Origin: Octopus sinensis
Lineage: Eukaryota
Direction: 5' to 3'
Length of the DNA: 64,000 nucleotides
NCBI RefSeq assembly: GCF_006345805.1
Contig: NC_043000.1
Coordinates: forward strand, 29,698,001-29,762,000
How positions within the stretch are numbered: the first letter of the stretch is position 1; each line of letters starts with the position of its first letter. Shown here piece after piece: positions 1 through 11,851 of this stretch. Under the pieces are notes generated by a model, which ran no database searches, had not been told where the DNA came from, and saw only the letters and a list, made by a program, of their open reading frames with translations. The position numbers were made by a program, and so were the translations under genes.

Positions 1-9
1 GGGGTCTTA

Positions 10-260
10 TCAGTAATCCTGGTTTACATTATTTTCATAGGTTTCAAAATTAATACCTTCTTTTTTTAAGAAATTGTAAAAGATGTGGCCACGTTATCAG
101 CCTTATATGAACCAATATAGAAGAAATTTGCGTTTCAGACACAACATATCATACGATAAGAAGCTTAGCAACAATGTTACATCTGGTGTTGTATTTATGG
201 AAACGGATGAGTACTTGGCACTATTAAGTTCAGCCAGAAAATAATTCGTAGCTTGATTGT
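10..260 (+). pseudogene. Decayed nAChR-like (Cys-loop receptor) N-terminal ectodomain fragment
   Basis: One + frame reads ...KMWPRYQPYMNQYRRNLRFRHNISYDKKLSNNVTSGVVFMETDEYLALL, resembling the pLGIC pattern K..RP..NQ...TSG..(W)xDEYL. It is an inverted paralog (roughly 85-90% by eye) of 2020-2310. Stops and indels are present. The family call is a motif-level inference. Confidence 0.45.
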
Positions 261-770
261 TCCAGGTGTTTGGAGAAAACAAAAACATCTCTATATACAC
301 GAGGTTTCAAGACATCTATATACACTCGAGGTTTCACACATGAAAATATGAATATCATAATACGCTCGTATATCTTGAATATCAAAAAGCCCAAGTAACA
401 CTGTAGTGAATCGCTAACTGGTTACAAAAACCATATAAATCGAACACTATTAACGTTGAGTAAGATATACATCACGCTATTCGTTTCACATAAAGCATCT
501 GTCAGGAATATGATTCTTGCAACCGTGTACTGAGTTTTTATTTTTATGTATTAACCAAACACTCACGAATCCAGTGCTTCTGCTTCATAAAATCGTGATC
601 AGATTAATAAAATGCCTCTGCGTACAATTCAAACACGCGTCTGTCGTCTTAGTAAGCGAAAAAAATATCGTCTGTAGCACAGGATATAATAGAAGCTTTA
701 TAACCATGGAATCGTACAGTTTTCGTGCAGAAAAGTGTCAGTTTTCTGCGCATTAATTATTAGATTCCAG

Positions 771-1620
771 ACTGCAAGACATGTCAAGTCTCCATTGTTG
801 CATTGAATAGAAACAGCAGACAAATATATTTCACATATAATTTGATGACATCTCTTGTCAGAGGGTAAGTCTTCCACATCAAAGTATAATAATTAAAAAT
901 GTGGTTTTCATATCAAAATATAAACAAATTTAAAGATTACATTTTTGCTGAGTATGAGATAGTGACACTAGATTCACTATAATCTAGGCCTAGTTTCTAT
1001 TACCCATTCTCTGCATCGTTTCTAAGTTTCCTTTCTGTTTTTTTTCTTTTTCTCAGATTTCAATGTCCCTCAATGGACGTGGAATGCGACGGAATATTCG
1101 GACTCGAAAGTGAAAATGTTTCTCAAGAATGTGGACAGAGTCTGACTGCACTGTCAAAGAAACGATGCCTTACGGAATTTATCTCTGCTTCAAAAATGGA
1201 AAAAATGGGAGTTAAATTAGACGATCCAACCATACAACCAACTACATCTACATGAAATGGGAATAGTGTATCAAATCACTCCACTGGAGTTAGTTGTGTC
1301 ATCGCTTCTGGTATGCATCTGGTAGGATCCTTCGAAATACGTATCTCTGGGAGAACACTTTCACGAACTTTATAGGAATATGGGATACAAAGTGGATAGA
1401 CGAACGGATATTGAAAAATCTCTCATGTAATCTATACTCTTCCAGGTAGGTTCCTAGTTTTGTCAAAATCATTTGTGATATGTCGAATCAAAAAATATCA
1501 TTGATTCCTACCTAGGACAATGTCATCGTTATAAATTACATCATGGCCAATGTTTTAAGAATTTCCTGTTTTACATTAGTCATGAGGATAATTGTAAGCA
1601 ACATTTGAGAAACTGATTCC
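771..1620 (+). pseudogene. Decayed nAChR-like gene fragment with an apparent intron (865-1056)
   Basis: Acceptor ttccag|771, donor AGG|GTAAGT at 864/865, and a long pyrimidine tract + cag|1057. Across shifting frames: SIVALN, WTWNATEY (1074-1097), MWT..D, NG.KWEL, YQITP, then ICDM...NYIMANVLRISCFTLVMRIIVSNI (M3-like). Multiple stops; the Cys-loop region appears deleted. Confidence 0.45.
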
Positions 1621-1639
1621 TATATAATTTGTCCAGATG

Positions 1640-2310
1640 TGCAGTATAATACTTTTCTAGAGAGAATAGCTTAAATAACTGGATAAAAAAGCAGAATTTA
1701 AAACGAAAACACGAGATCAAATCCGTGGCCATAGAGATTCTATTTTGATGATTTATATTCTATATAAGAACTCTTCTCAAGAGAAGAGAGCGCTGAAAGA
1801 GACGCGGGCAAGAAAACAAGAAATGTAAGAATGAAGTAGTGTATTATGCTATGGCTATGGAAATATTTCTAGGGAGAAAGACTGGGCATTTACAGGTAGT
1901 GGAGATCTCATAGGGCATAATCCAAGTCGGACGTTTCTGAGGAATTGTGGAACTTATTCTTCATTAAATTATTTAATTAAAATATTTTGGCAATCCTGGA
2001 AGCGGTCATAATTTTCTCCAAATATCTGAAACAATCAAGCTACGAATTATTTTCTGGTTGAACTTAATATTGTCAAGTGCTCATCCATTTCCATAAATAC
2101 AACACCAGACGTAATAATGTTGCTAAGCTTCTTATTGTATGATATGTTGTGTCTGAACTGCAAATTTCCTCTATATTGGTTCATATAAGGCTGATAACCT
2201 GGTCACATCTCTTTTACAATTTCTTGAAAAAGAAGATATTCATTTTGAAACCTACAAAGTGCAACCCTATAGTAATAATGTAAACCAGGCTTAATGATGA
2301 GATCCCATGT
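1640..2310 (-). pseudogene. Decayed nAChR-like fragment on the minus strand
   Basis: One minus frame reads LLFQEIVKEM*PGYQPYMNQ...IITSGVVFMEMDEHLT (the * is TGA, consistent with CGA>TGA decay of the conserved RP). The same frame later reads KYFHSHSIIHYFILTFLVFLPAS...EKSSY, like the M1/M1-M2 signature LVFxLP..sGEK.SY. Confidence 0.5.
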
Positions 2311-2544
2311 GCAGTTTTCAGTTTATATGGTCAGTCATGGAATTCCGTTAGACAGGCGTCTGTCCCTTTAGTTATTTTGGCTGTATATAAATGTTTCACA
2401 ATGTTTTCTCTCTGTTAACACATAGTTGAGTAAATCTAGCGAAGATTTTGTGAATGAAAGAAATAAAAGAAAAAGAAAAAAAACTATGAAATCTGAGGCA
2501 GATACTTATTTGGTTAGCAAGATCTAATATAATTTTAGTTACCG

Positions 2545-3250
2545 AAAATGTGAAGAAAAATTCCTCCTGGTATTCAGAGTACACACAGATATTGGAAACG
2601 ATTTGGAACGAACACACGAAAGAACATAATGAATCTTCGACATTGAGAGATAAAATGCATTGTGTTGTAAATACGATGATGACCAAAGCCTGGAACTAAA
2701 TGCTTGGGCGGTTCTACAGGCATTTAGTTCCAATGAGTTGGAGTCGATCTGAAGAAAATGGTGAATTTAATCGTTGCTTTGAAACTGTTTCCGAAATCAT
2801 TTTGTGTTAGGTATGAAGAGTTGGCACTGGATGCTAGGAACCTGTGTGGAAGCCCAGACTACAAAGCAACAACAGATAGACCAACAAAGAGAAACGAAAC
2901 TTGTAATGTGAGTCGCATCCATTTTAGGAGATTTCCTGTACTCAAGAAGAAAACGCAGACGGGGAAACTAGTGCTATGATTTTACATCTGCGGTCTGTTG
3001 CCTCGCAAGGAAACAGAATAACGCATTATCACAGGTTTCCTGTCACTGTCTATTAATGCACTGTCCGTAGTGCAGATATAATAAGGGAAGTTGAGAAAAC
3101 TACAGCAGATTTGTACCGTAATATCATTATAGTGTGCGTTCAGAGTGGAAATCTTCCTCGCTGATAGTCTTCTCCAATAATGGATCAAGTCTTATTCCAT
3201 CTCAGCTGGTGGTTTTACTCCACGGGGAATAGCTAAGATTATACTTTCCA
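2545..3250 (+). pseudogene. Decayed nAChR-like fragment
   Basis: Collinear motifs across frameshifts: QILETIWNEH, IVL(Y)NT, VWKP, TCNV, ENAdgE, ILHLR, EK...SGNLPR**SSP (NLPR at 3150-3161, like the M2-M3 loop). Spacings are shorter than canonical, which implies deletions. 2545-2690 is paralogous to 4430-4800. Confidence 0.4.
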
Positions 3251-3899
3251 GGTACTAGCACAATTCTTAGAATGTATTTAAATACATACATACATACATA
3301 GAGGTCATGTGTCAAATAGTCGCTGATAATGAGCCACAACAGCTCTGCATCTAATAGTTTTGCAACTATTGGATGCTGAGAACAATGTTCTAAACACGAT
3401 AGAGTTTGAGGAGATCGTTAATGATTATTTTTCGGATGCCAAACGAACAAACAAAAACTTTTCGTAGATAATATAGAGTGATGCTTACAGCCGTAAGTTG
3501 ATAAACCTTACACTACTTAAGCTTAGATAAACTTTTGCATTGACAGGTGCTTTTAACCTTTGTGCGTATAACTTGTCAGTTTTTGGTATTTAACGTTCTT
3601 GTAGAACATTTAATATTCATGCATTTAACATTTATGTATCTATTTTTATCGGCATTTAACATTTATATATTTCAATTTATGCATAACATGTCAGTTGCAA
3701 TGATGTCGATAAACTGACTTTAATGTGTAAAGTTAGTGACTTACTATTTCCTTTTCTGAGAGAGGAATTCACCGAACCAAAAGTAACGTGGCTCTCGTCA
3801 AATCTAAATATCGCCCTGTCTAATGTCGAAGCAAAACAGAGGCTTGGTTTGAGAAATAACACTTTATTCCCTCATTACTTGTTAAGGTTAGCTCTGGAT

Positions 3900-4227
3900 G
3901 GAAGCACTCCGTCGGTTACGACGACGAGAATTCCGGTTGATCCGAATCAACGGAACAGCCTGCTCGTGAAATTAACGTGTAAGTGGCTGAGCACTCCACA
4001 GACATGTGTACCCTTAACGTAGTTCTCGGGGATATTCAGCGTGACACAGAGAGTGACAAGGCCGGCCCTTTGAAATACAGGTACAACAGAAACAGGAAGT
4101 AAGAGTGAGAGAAAGTTGTGGTGAAAGAGTACAGCAGGGATCACCACCATCCCCTGCCGGAGCCTCGTGGGTCTGGGAATCGAAACCGCGAGTCCGCTGC
4201 CCTAACCACTGGGCCATTGCGCCTCCA
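3900..4227 (-). mobile_element. tRNA-headed SINE, family 2 (GGAGGCGCAATGGCCCAGTGGTTAG head)
   Basis: Reverse-complement head with A-box (TGGCCCAGTGG) and B-box (GTTTCGATTCC). Body is shared with 5391, 28781, 41873 and 59540. Confidence 0.9.
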
Positions 4228-4299
4228 CAAGGTTAGCTCTACAGATATTCTATATAAAGTAAAGCCAACATTTATTTTTACTACAAAGTTTGGTATACG

Positions 4300-5200
4300 A
4301 GATGTCAGATGTAAACAAACGATGAGATCGAAGATAAGAAAATGGTTGTGGGTGTATATACCATTACAAGGTTCTTTTTCCTTTCATCAGTACCCATCCA
4401 ACCCTTTAATCGTCCTCGGACATATTGCATAAATTCCCGAAAATGTAAAGAAACATGCTCTCTGGTATTCAGAATACTCACAGATTTTGGAAACGATTTG
4501 GAGCGAACACATGAAAGAATATAATGAAAGCGACGAGCTTAGTGGTATTTCGTCTGCCGCTACGTTCTGAGTTCAATTTCCGCCGAGGTCGACTTTGCCT
4601 TTCATCCTTTCGTGGTCGATAACTAAAGTACCAGTTACGCACTGGAGTCGATGTAATCAACTTAATCCCTTTGTCTGTCCTTCTTTGTCCCCTCTATGTT
4701 TAGCCTCTTGTGGGCAATAAGGAAATAAGAATATAATGAATCTTAGAGATTAAAAGATACAATGCATTGTGTTGTAACTACGATGATGATCAAAGCGCTG
4801 TTTGGTTATTGGATATACCAATGTTCATATTAAACACAAAAATCAGTGCTGGCTATGATTTCTGAAGTATTAGCCTCAACAAAATAATATACAACGCACT
4901 GCTAACACAGGAGCACATGGTGTTGACTCATAAAAACATTTGATATACTTTATAGTATATTATGGTTGCTTAACAAAATATCCCGTGCCTACATATCATT
5001 ACTTTATTCTTAGTTGTATTAAATAACCATTTGAGAGGCTGCAACCTCTTGTTCCTCATCAGGCTGTGTACTCGTTTTATATCATGTGCAACTCATGAAA
5101 GCCCAATATCTTTCGTACATCTATACCATGTTCAACTAAATCCACTGAATGCCTACACAGTCACTGGTGTTTGATCTGTTGGATCCTGTATTAAACACGT
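4300..5200 (+). pseudogene. Decayed paralog of the 2545 fragment, interrupted by a SINE
   Basis: 4430-4528 + 4741-4800 align with 2545-2690; 4870-5000 aligns with 27690-27810. Stops occur in all frames. Confidence 0.35.
4529..4726 (+). mobile_element. 5'-truncated SINE, family 1, with 14 bp TSD
   Basis: Body GAGTTCAA.TTCCGCCGAGGTCGACTTTGCCTTTCATCCTTTCG. AAGAATATAATGAA is repeated at 4515-4528 and 4727-4740. Confidence 0.92.
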
Positions 5201-5390
5201 TGAAAAATACCTGTTTCTCAGAAATCCTCGCAACGACCATTAAAACAGGACATTATTTGTATTACCTCAAAGTGATGAGGACTTAATTAAAAGTTTCTCA
5301 GTTTATATACCTTTTAAGACTAATAAATTAATCATTAAATACCTTTAGGATTGAAAAATCCCATGCCTAATCTACTAAGATAAAGTAGAG

Positions 5391-5690
5391 AAAGCACGTG
5401 GCCTAGTGGTTAGGGCGTTCGGATATCGATCGTAAAGTCCTGAGTTCGATTCCGGACAGCACATTTTATCCTTGAACAAGACACTTTATTTCACGTTGTT
5501 CTAGTCCACCCAGCTGGCAAAAATGAATAATTCCTGTATTTTAAAGGGCCAGTCTTGTCACATGGTATGTCACGCTGAATCTCCCTGAGAACTACGTTAA
5601 AGGTACACGTGTCTTTGAAGTATTCAGCCACTTGCATGTTAATTTTACGAGCAGGCTGTTCCTTTGATCGGATCGACTGGAACCTTTACA
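5391..5690 (+). mobile_element. SINE, family 2
   Basis: Head GTGGCCTAGTGGTTAGGGCG...GAGTTCGATTCC; body matches the other family 2 copies. Confidence 0.88.
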
Positions 5691-6123
5691 GGTAGTAAGA
5701 TGAAGTAAAAGATATGTAGCCCACGGGAAAATAATGATCAAATCAACAATCCCGAAATCGAACCTTCTATCACAGTTTTACTAGATTTGAAGATAATTCT
5801 TACACGAGTTCAAGGCCGAAGATTTGTGGGAGACATAACATTCAACTAAATCAATCGAAGTACTTGACTGATATATTAGTTTATTGTTTCCGTGAGTATG
5901 AAAAGCAAGAGCGACCAACATTTTGGCGAGATTTGAACTTGGAAAGTAAAGAGGCCTGAATACAGCAAAAGTAAAGAGACCTGAATACAGAAAAATATTT
6001 TGTTCGACGCTTAAACTATTCTGTGAATCCGCCATCTTGTTGATATGAAGATAATAAAAGCAATAATGAATTGAAAAGAAAATCGAATGCAAATAGAGAA
6101 AACTCTGCGTCAAGAGAAATAGG

Positions 6124-6245
6124 GGAGAGAGAAAGAGAGAGAAAGAAAGAGAGAGAAAGAAAGAGAGAGAGAGAATGGGAGAGAGAGACAGAGAGAAAGA
6201 GAGATAAAGGTGGATATAGAGAGAGAAAGAGAGAAAGGGAGAGAG
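6124..6245. repeat. (GA)n-rich microsatellite
   Basis: Direct reading. Confidence 0.95.
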
Positions 6246-6284
6246 GGGAATGAATGAGATGACAGATATATCTTCATAAGATCT

Positions 6285-6612
6285 AACATCTTGTATGATA
6301 TAATGGAAGATATTGCCATAGATTCCAAAATCTTGTATGATATAACGGAAAGTAGATCTCATTAGATTCTGACGTTCTGTGTGATATAACAGAAAAGATA
6401 TCCCATAGACTCCAACATATCCTATAGCATAACAGAGAAAATAGCTGCATAGATTTACACATTTTCTGAGGTTCCAATATATTGTGTGCTACAACGGAAA
6501 ATGATTATCTCAGTAGATTCTAATATATTTTATGCTATAACACAGAAAATAACTCTATAGAACTTGTCACCTTGTATAGTATATCAGAGAAGATATCTCC
6601 AAGATTCTGAGA
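6285..6612. repeat. Degenerate ~43 bp minisatellite, about 7-8 units
   Basis: Recurrent ATCTTGTATGATATAA(C/T)GGAA..AT..CATAGATTC at 6288, 6330, 6374 and onward. Confidence 0.75.
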
Positions 6613-7149
6613 TATCATATGGCCTAATCAAAATCAACTGTTCCAGTTGTTTAGCCCCAAGTCAGCTTAATGAACGTAACGTATGACTAAATTTGCTCCA
6701 GACGTGACTGTCGTGTTTATTCGGGTTCACTAAAAACTACCATTGCTTAAAGTGTATTATTTCTTTTAGAGTAAAGACTCTACGTGTGTTTCCAGGTAGA
6801 TTTTGAATCCCTTTGTAACAGGTCAAGCGACTACACCGGAGTTCTTTCATTTTGATGTCGTTGTTGCTGCTGTTGTCTTCTTCTAATCAGGACTCACGCC
6901 ATTAGCCACAAAGAATAATCTCCAATTCGAGCCAACTCTAAGCTACTAAGAATGCGTGTGACAACTTGAAGATCCACCCACCACACGCGATAGACTGGCG
7001 GTTGCACGGGCGCGAAAGCTACGTTGTTATACTCATTCCGTAAACGGTGGCTTTTAACAGGTGGAGAGCTGAACCATCCTGGGGTACAGAGGATTCGCAA
7101 TCTAGACTAGGGTCTGAAAGTTTACCAAACCATAGTAGGTTACACCATG

Positions 7150-7357
7150 GTTCCTCTGCTTTGTGGCAGAAGTAGGAAGTAAGAGTGACAGAAAGTTGTG
7201 TTGAAAGAGTACAGCGGGGTTCACCTCTCCCCGACTGAGCTTCGTGGAGCTTAGGTGTCTTTGCTCAATAAATACTCACAATGCTTTGTCTGGGAATCGA
7301 AACCGCGTTCTTACGACCACGAGTCCGCTGCCCAAACCACTGGGTCATTGCGCCTCT
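7150..7357 (-). mobile_element. SINE, family 2 (partial)
   Basis: Reverse complement of GAGGCGCAATGACCCAGTGGTTTGGGCAGCGGACTCGTGGTCG. Confidence 0.88.
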
Positions 7358-7754
7358 ACTGCTGCTGCTGTTGTTGTTGTTGTCATTGTATATCTTGGTC
7401 AGTCCTAATTAGGCACATCTAGTGTATATACCTAATAGATTTACGGACTCGGTGTCATCATCGGATCCATACCGCATGAAACGACTCTGTCTCCACCAAA
7501 TCCACAGCCACTCGGTACAGTTCCATGAGCTTTAATGTAAAAGTTGAAGTTGCGAAATACATCATGTTTGCCAATGCCACCCTATAGCAGCATACCTGTA
7601 CATTGAAGTAGTGGTCAAGGCAGGAGCGTGCAATGACGACTCGAACGAGGTGCAGCAGTTGTTATGGATCTCATAAGAATAAGACAATTGGGCACATTTT
7701 GGTGCCGATGTTTGGACATTGAACCAGTTTTGGAGTAGAGCTTTCGGGCTCCGG

Positions 7755-7792
<38 letters not shown>

Positions 7793-8402
7793 ACGTGCGG
7801 GTGCTTTTATGCGCAGAAATATACACATACAGATAGAAACAACGATACAGAGACAGGGAGAGGGGTAGGGAGAAAAAGAGAGAGAGAGAGAAAGAGGGAG
7901 AGATATTACAATTTATTAATTGAAAACAGTTGACAGAAATGCTTTCCTTTTCTTCATACACATAAGAGAAATATGCTCAGAGAGAAAGAGAGAGAAGGGG
8001 CATTTAAAGAGAGCGAGGAAAGAAGACATAAAAAGAGAGGGGTGGAGATCGAGAGAAGTGTCTGATGTCAGTTAATTCTTCGTCAAATCACTGATTCCAA
8101 ATAGGCGATGCTAATTAGGTGACGCAAAACCGCTGTGCCAAAGCGTTTCATACCAATCCTAGGTTACTTATGTTGTTTTCTTTTTGGCTTTTTTAAAAAA
8201 TCAGAGCGAGGTACTGTCTTTGAAATTTTGCATTGTAGTTGTTGTGGTTTAAGGGCACTGCGGACCTGTCCTTATATCTGTGGGTTTCATTCAGTAACTA
8301 GGGATTCAGTGAGAGTCAATTCTCAACTGAAGGATCGTTAAACATCAGTATTTTTATTCCGGTAAGTACGCATGAAATTGTTAGCCTGGAATCGTAGAAA
8401 TT

Positions 8403-8940
8403 CTTTTCTACTCTAGGCCCAAGGCCCGAACTTTTGGGGTAGGGGGCCAGTCGATTAGATCAACCCCATTACGCAACTGGTACTTAATTTATCAACCCCG
8501 AAAGGATGAAAGGTAAAGTCGACCTCGGCTGAATTTGAACTCAGAATGTAAAGACAGATGAAATACCTATTTCTTTATTACCCACAAGGGGCTAAACACA
8601 CAGGGAACAAACAAGGACAGACATAGGTATTAAGTCGATTACATCGACCCCAGTTCGTAACTGGTACTTAATTTATCGACCCCGAAAGGATGAAAGGCAA
8701 AGTCGACCTCGGCGGAATTTGAACTCACAACGTAACGCAGATGAAATACCGCTAAGCATTGCGCTCGGCGTGTTAACGTTTCTGCGAGCTCGCCGCCTTT
8801 GAATAATAAATATCCTTTTCTACTCTGGGCGCAAGGCCCGAAATTTTGGGGTAGGGGGCCAATCGATTAGATCGACTCCAGTTCGCAACTGGTACTTAAT
8901 TTATCGACCCCGAAGCTAACGTTTCTGATAGCTCACCGCA
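8403..8940 (-). mobile_element. SINE family 1 cluster with internally repeated modules
   Basis: Head AAGGCGGCGAGCTCGCAGAAACGTTAAC ends at 8799; the GAAAGGATGAAAGG.AAAGTCGACCTCGG module occurs repeatedly. Confidence 0.9.
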
Positions 8941-9358
8941 CTTTTACTATAAATGTATTTAATGAAGAGTCGCTCGTAGAAATTAACCTAGAATTAACTT
9001 AGAAATTATCCAAGAAATCTAGGTGTGGTGGTCATGTTGTTCCAGTAGTGACCATCACAACTGAATTTTCAGGGATATCATATATAGGACTATGCTATTT
9101 ATTCAAAGCAGGTATTTATGTGGAAACCGATGGTGCAGACTATTCGGTTTGATTGGAGAAAAACGCAAACAAACAAATAAAGAGAAACTGTTGATTCTAT
9201 AAAGAACCAGACACAACAGAATACTTTTTTTCTTCTTATTAGTCTCTGTTTCTTCTTACTAATGGCGTTTTTATTGTGTGTTCTGAACGACCATATTAAT
9301 AATGAGCTGGATGTTGTTGTTGTTGTTGTTGTGTCACAATATTTTTTATTCTTCATAT

Positions 9359-9394
<36 letters not shown>

Positions 9395-11299
9395 AGCGAG
9401 GGAGAGAGAGGCAGACAGACAGGGACAGTGACAGAAAGAGATGCTAATATCTCAATTTCCTGTGTCGTTTTATATAAAATTAACGTTTCTATATTTGTTA
9501 TTTATGAATTATTTGATTTGTTTAATATTTACGATATCTGTGTTTGTATCAACCACATAATGTAAAGAATTACGATTACTATTTGCAGTTGCATTATATG
9601 TCTCCTAGGTATTGTTGTCTTGCTTTTTTTTTTCGTGTTTTCTTGTTGTTTTTTTCTCCTGTTTATATTACTTTATGGTTCCGTCTCTTAAAATACTTGC
9701 ATATAAGAACAGAGGTCATATCCCATGAGTCTGCAACAAAAGAAATACCCCCTTCCAGCAACAGATTTATTGGCAGGACTTTTATAAACATTCATTATTG
9801 TTGAAAACTCGATGTAAAGCTTGCCAAGATGCCAAAAAGAAAACAAAACACAAAATAGCAAAAAAAAAACAAAAAAAAAAGCAAACTAACCAAAGTCAAG
9901 CATAACAAAACTAAGAACAGAAAGTATTGTATTTGACCCAATCAACGATAACAGTCATAAAAATACATCGGCAACATGAACAAAAAAAAAAATCCTCCCG
10001 CGTAATAATATAAAATAACCGAGCGAAAAAAAGAGACAATTTACCGTGACCTATCTACTCAAATAAACGCATTGATATACGGTTTTATGTGGATGTTTAG
10101 CGTATTATAATATAAAACGATATTTTGTCTGAAGATATATTTAGTAAGTTTTAGATTCATGAAATCACTAAAGTGAGGTTTATTCTATTCATTGTACATA
10201 TTGATAGTCTGTGGTTCACTGTAGAAGAATATTTCGAATATACATTTGAACGACGGAGCAAAAATAAATACTATTGATTGTTTTATATGGTTTTGGCACG
10301 GCTACAAGCTGATTACCATTTGCACTAGTTTTATAGAACCAATTATAGGATCTTATGCAGAGTTATTATTGCACTCTAAGATGTCTTTTCTTTTGTTATA
10401 TGTTTTTTTTTGTTTCAATGTTCTATCTTTGTGCAGAAGAAATAAGCAGTATTTTGCAAACTATATATTCAGATCTAATGTATTTCCCATAAAATATAGA
10501 GAATTAATTAGGCTTATAACTTATTTATAACAAATCAAAGAAGAACGCATTCGTAATTGGCGGCATTAATCAAATTTATTTATTTATTTTTCGGAACACA
10601 TATTTTAGAACCATTTATGAATAAACAATAATAAATCTCTAAGCGAAGCATAAACAGTAGCTGCACGACATCCTGAAGTATATTTGCCACCTAAATGTGG
10701 CTTACCCTTAAGGGTTGATGCTACTGTAGCTTGTAGCCCCAGGAAGACATCTTCAGCTATCTATTGACACACTGTCTGTGCCCTATCAGTAATTGCAAAG
10801 AGAAGTAATTGTTCCCATCTCCAGCCTGACGTGATACACACACACACACACACACAGACAGACAGACAGACTGACCCACACACACATATATGTATGCAGA
10901 TGTCGATATGTATCTGTGACTGTATACACAACTAAACATGTATGTTGTTGCTATTTAGACCCAAACCAGCTCTGGCTTAGCAAACTCGTGACCAAAGGCT
11001 TTCCAATTGTGTTCTCACTGTGTTGTTTCCAAGAATATTATATCTAGGCCTAAATAATTTAATAGTTCATTTTTTTTTAAGACGCAGTAAGCGAAGACTT
11101 GAAAGGATTTCAGCTGCTGTTTAGATCAAATCAGCTAATTGTGTAGATCTCACCTTACCGTAGGTTCGCATGCACGCGCAGATATGGACAGCTTGAGTAA
11201 TTTCACGTCGACATTTGGACTGTCATTGGTTGGAGAGGAAAATATAATACGCGATGGTTCTTCATTTGGTACAATATATTTTCTCTCACTGTTTATTTC

Positions 11300-11455
11300 T
11301 GTGTTCCTTTGTGTCCAAGGGCGTAGGTTCGAAAAGTAAAAGATATGAGAGATTGCTGCGTATGGTCCGTCCTTGTTTTTTCATGTCCGTATTTTTATCG
11401 TCTATCTGTCCGGATGTTTTATTATCGTCTGTTGCGTTCCTGTTCCATTTTTGGG

Positions 11456-11460
<5 letters not shown>
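11300..11460 (+). mobile_element. Degenerate Penelope-like 3' fragment ending at (TA)n
   Basis: GGCGTAGGTTCGAAAAGTAAAAGA is a decayed version of the motif at 11591, 15888 and 58586; it abuts the (TA)n tract at 11460. Confidence 0.5.
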
Positions 11461-11515
<55 letters not shown>

Positions 11516-11569
11516 ATATATATATATATGTATATATATCGCTAGCCAGTAAACATTCTTTATTTTCGC

Positions 11570-11712
11570 TCCTTGTTTCCTTCTGTGTTCCTTTCTGTGG
11601 AAGAGCGTAGGCTCGAAATGTTAAAGACTTTTTCACTTCGCGAGCGTTCTACTAATACATCTGTTGTTGTTTACACCACCTGTTTTGCCTTTTTTTGTGA
11701 ATTCTCCCTATT
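11570..11712 (+). mobile_element. Penelope-like 3' fragment with degenerate minimal hammerhead, ending at (TA)n
   Basis: CTTT-CTGTGGA-A-GAGC-GTAG-GCTC-GAAA-TG-TT-AAAG at 11591-11626. The 3' end GAATTCTCCCT abuts (TA)n; the same end recurs in reverse at ~12872-12882. Confidence 0.6.
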
Positions 11713-11851
11713 AATATATATATATATATATTCCATTCACACATTGAATTCGGTGATACTAGTTGCGGATTCTAGCTCGCTCTGATACTGAGTTGAGTTG
11801 GTGCCTTCTAGTATCTCAAAATTCAATATATAATCATTTATGATTATAGTA

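Noticed and set aside
289-345. Small tandem duplication ACATCT(CT)ATATACAC(TC)GAGGTTTCA
   Set aside because: A trivial ~28 bp local slippage duplication.
2758-2979. VRYEELALDA resembling the carbohydrate sulfotransferase RYEDL motif
   Set aside because: No PAPS-binding motifs (e.g. HLVRDPR) in a consistent frame; collinear channel-like motifs explain the region better, though neither call is proven.
4342-4960. Similarity to GT31 galactosyltransferase (C...FLLV..HT, DDD)
   Set aside because: Motif spacing is incompatible (DDD about 20 aa instead of about 90 aa downstream).
7560-7720. Possible CCHC zinc knuckle (RCSSCYGSH)
   Set aside because: Spacing does not complete a CCHC motif and no adjoining gag or ORF1 similarity was seen.
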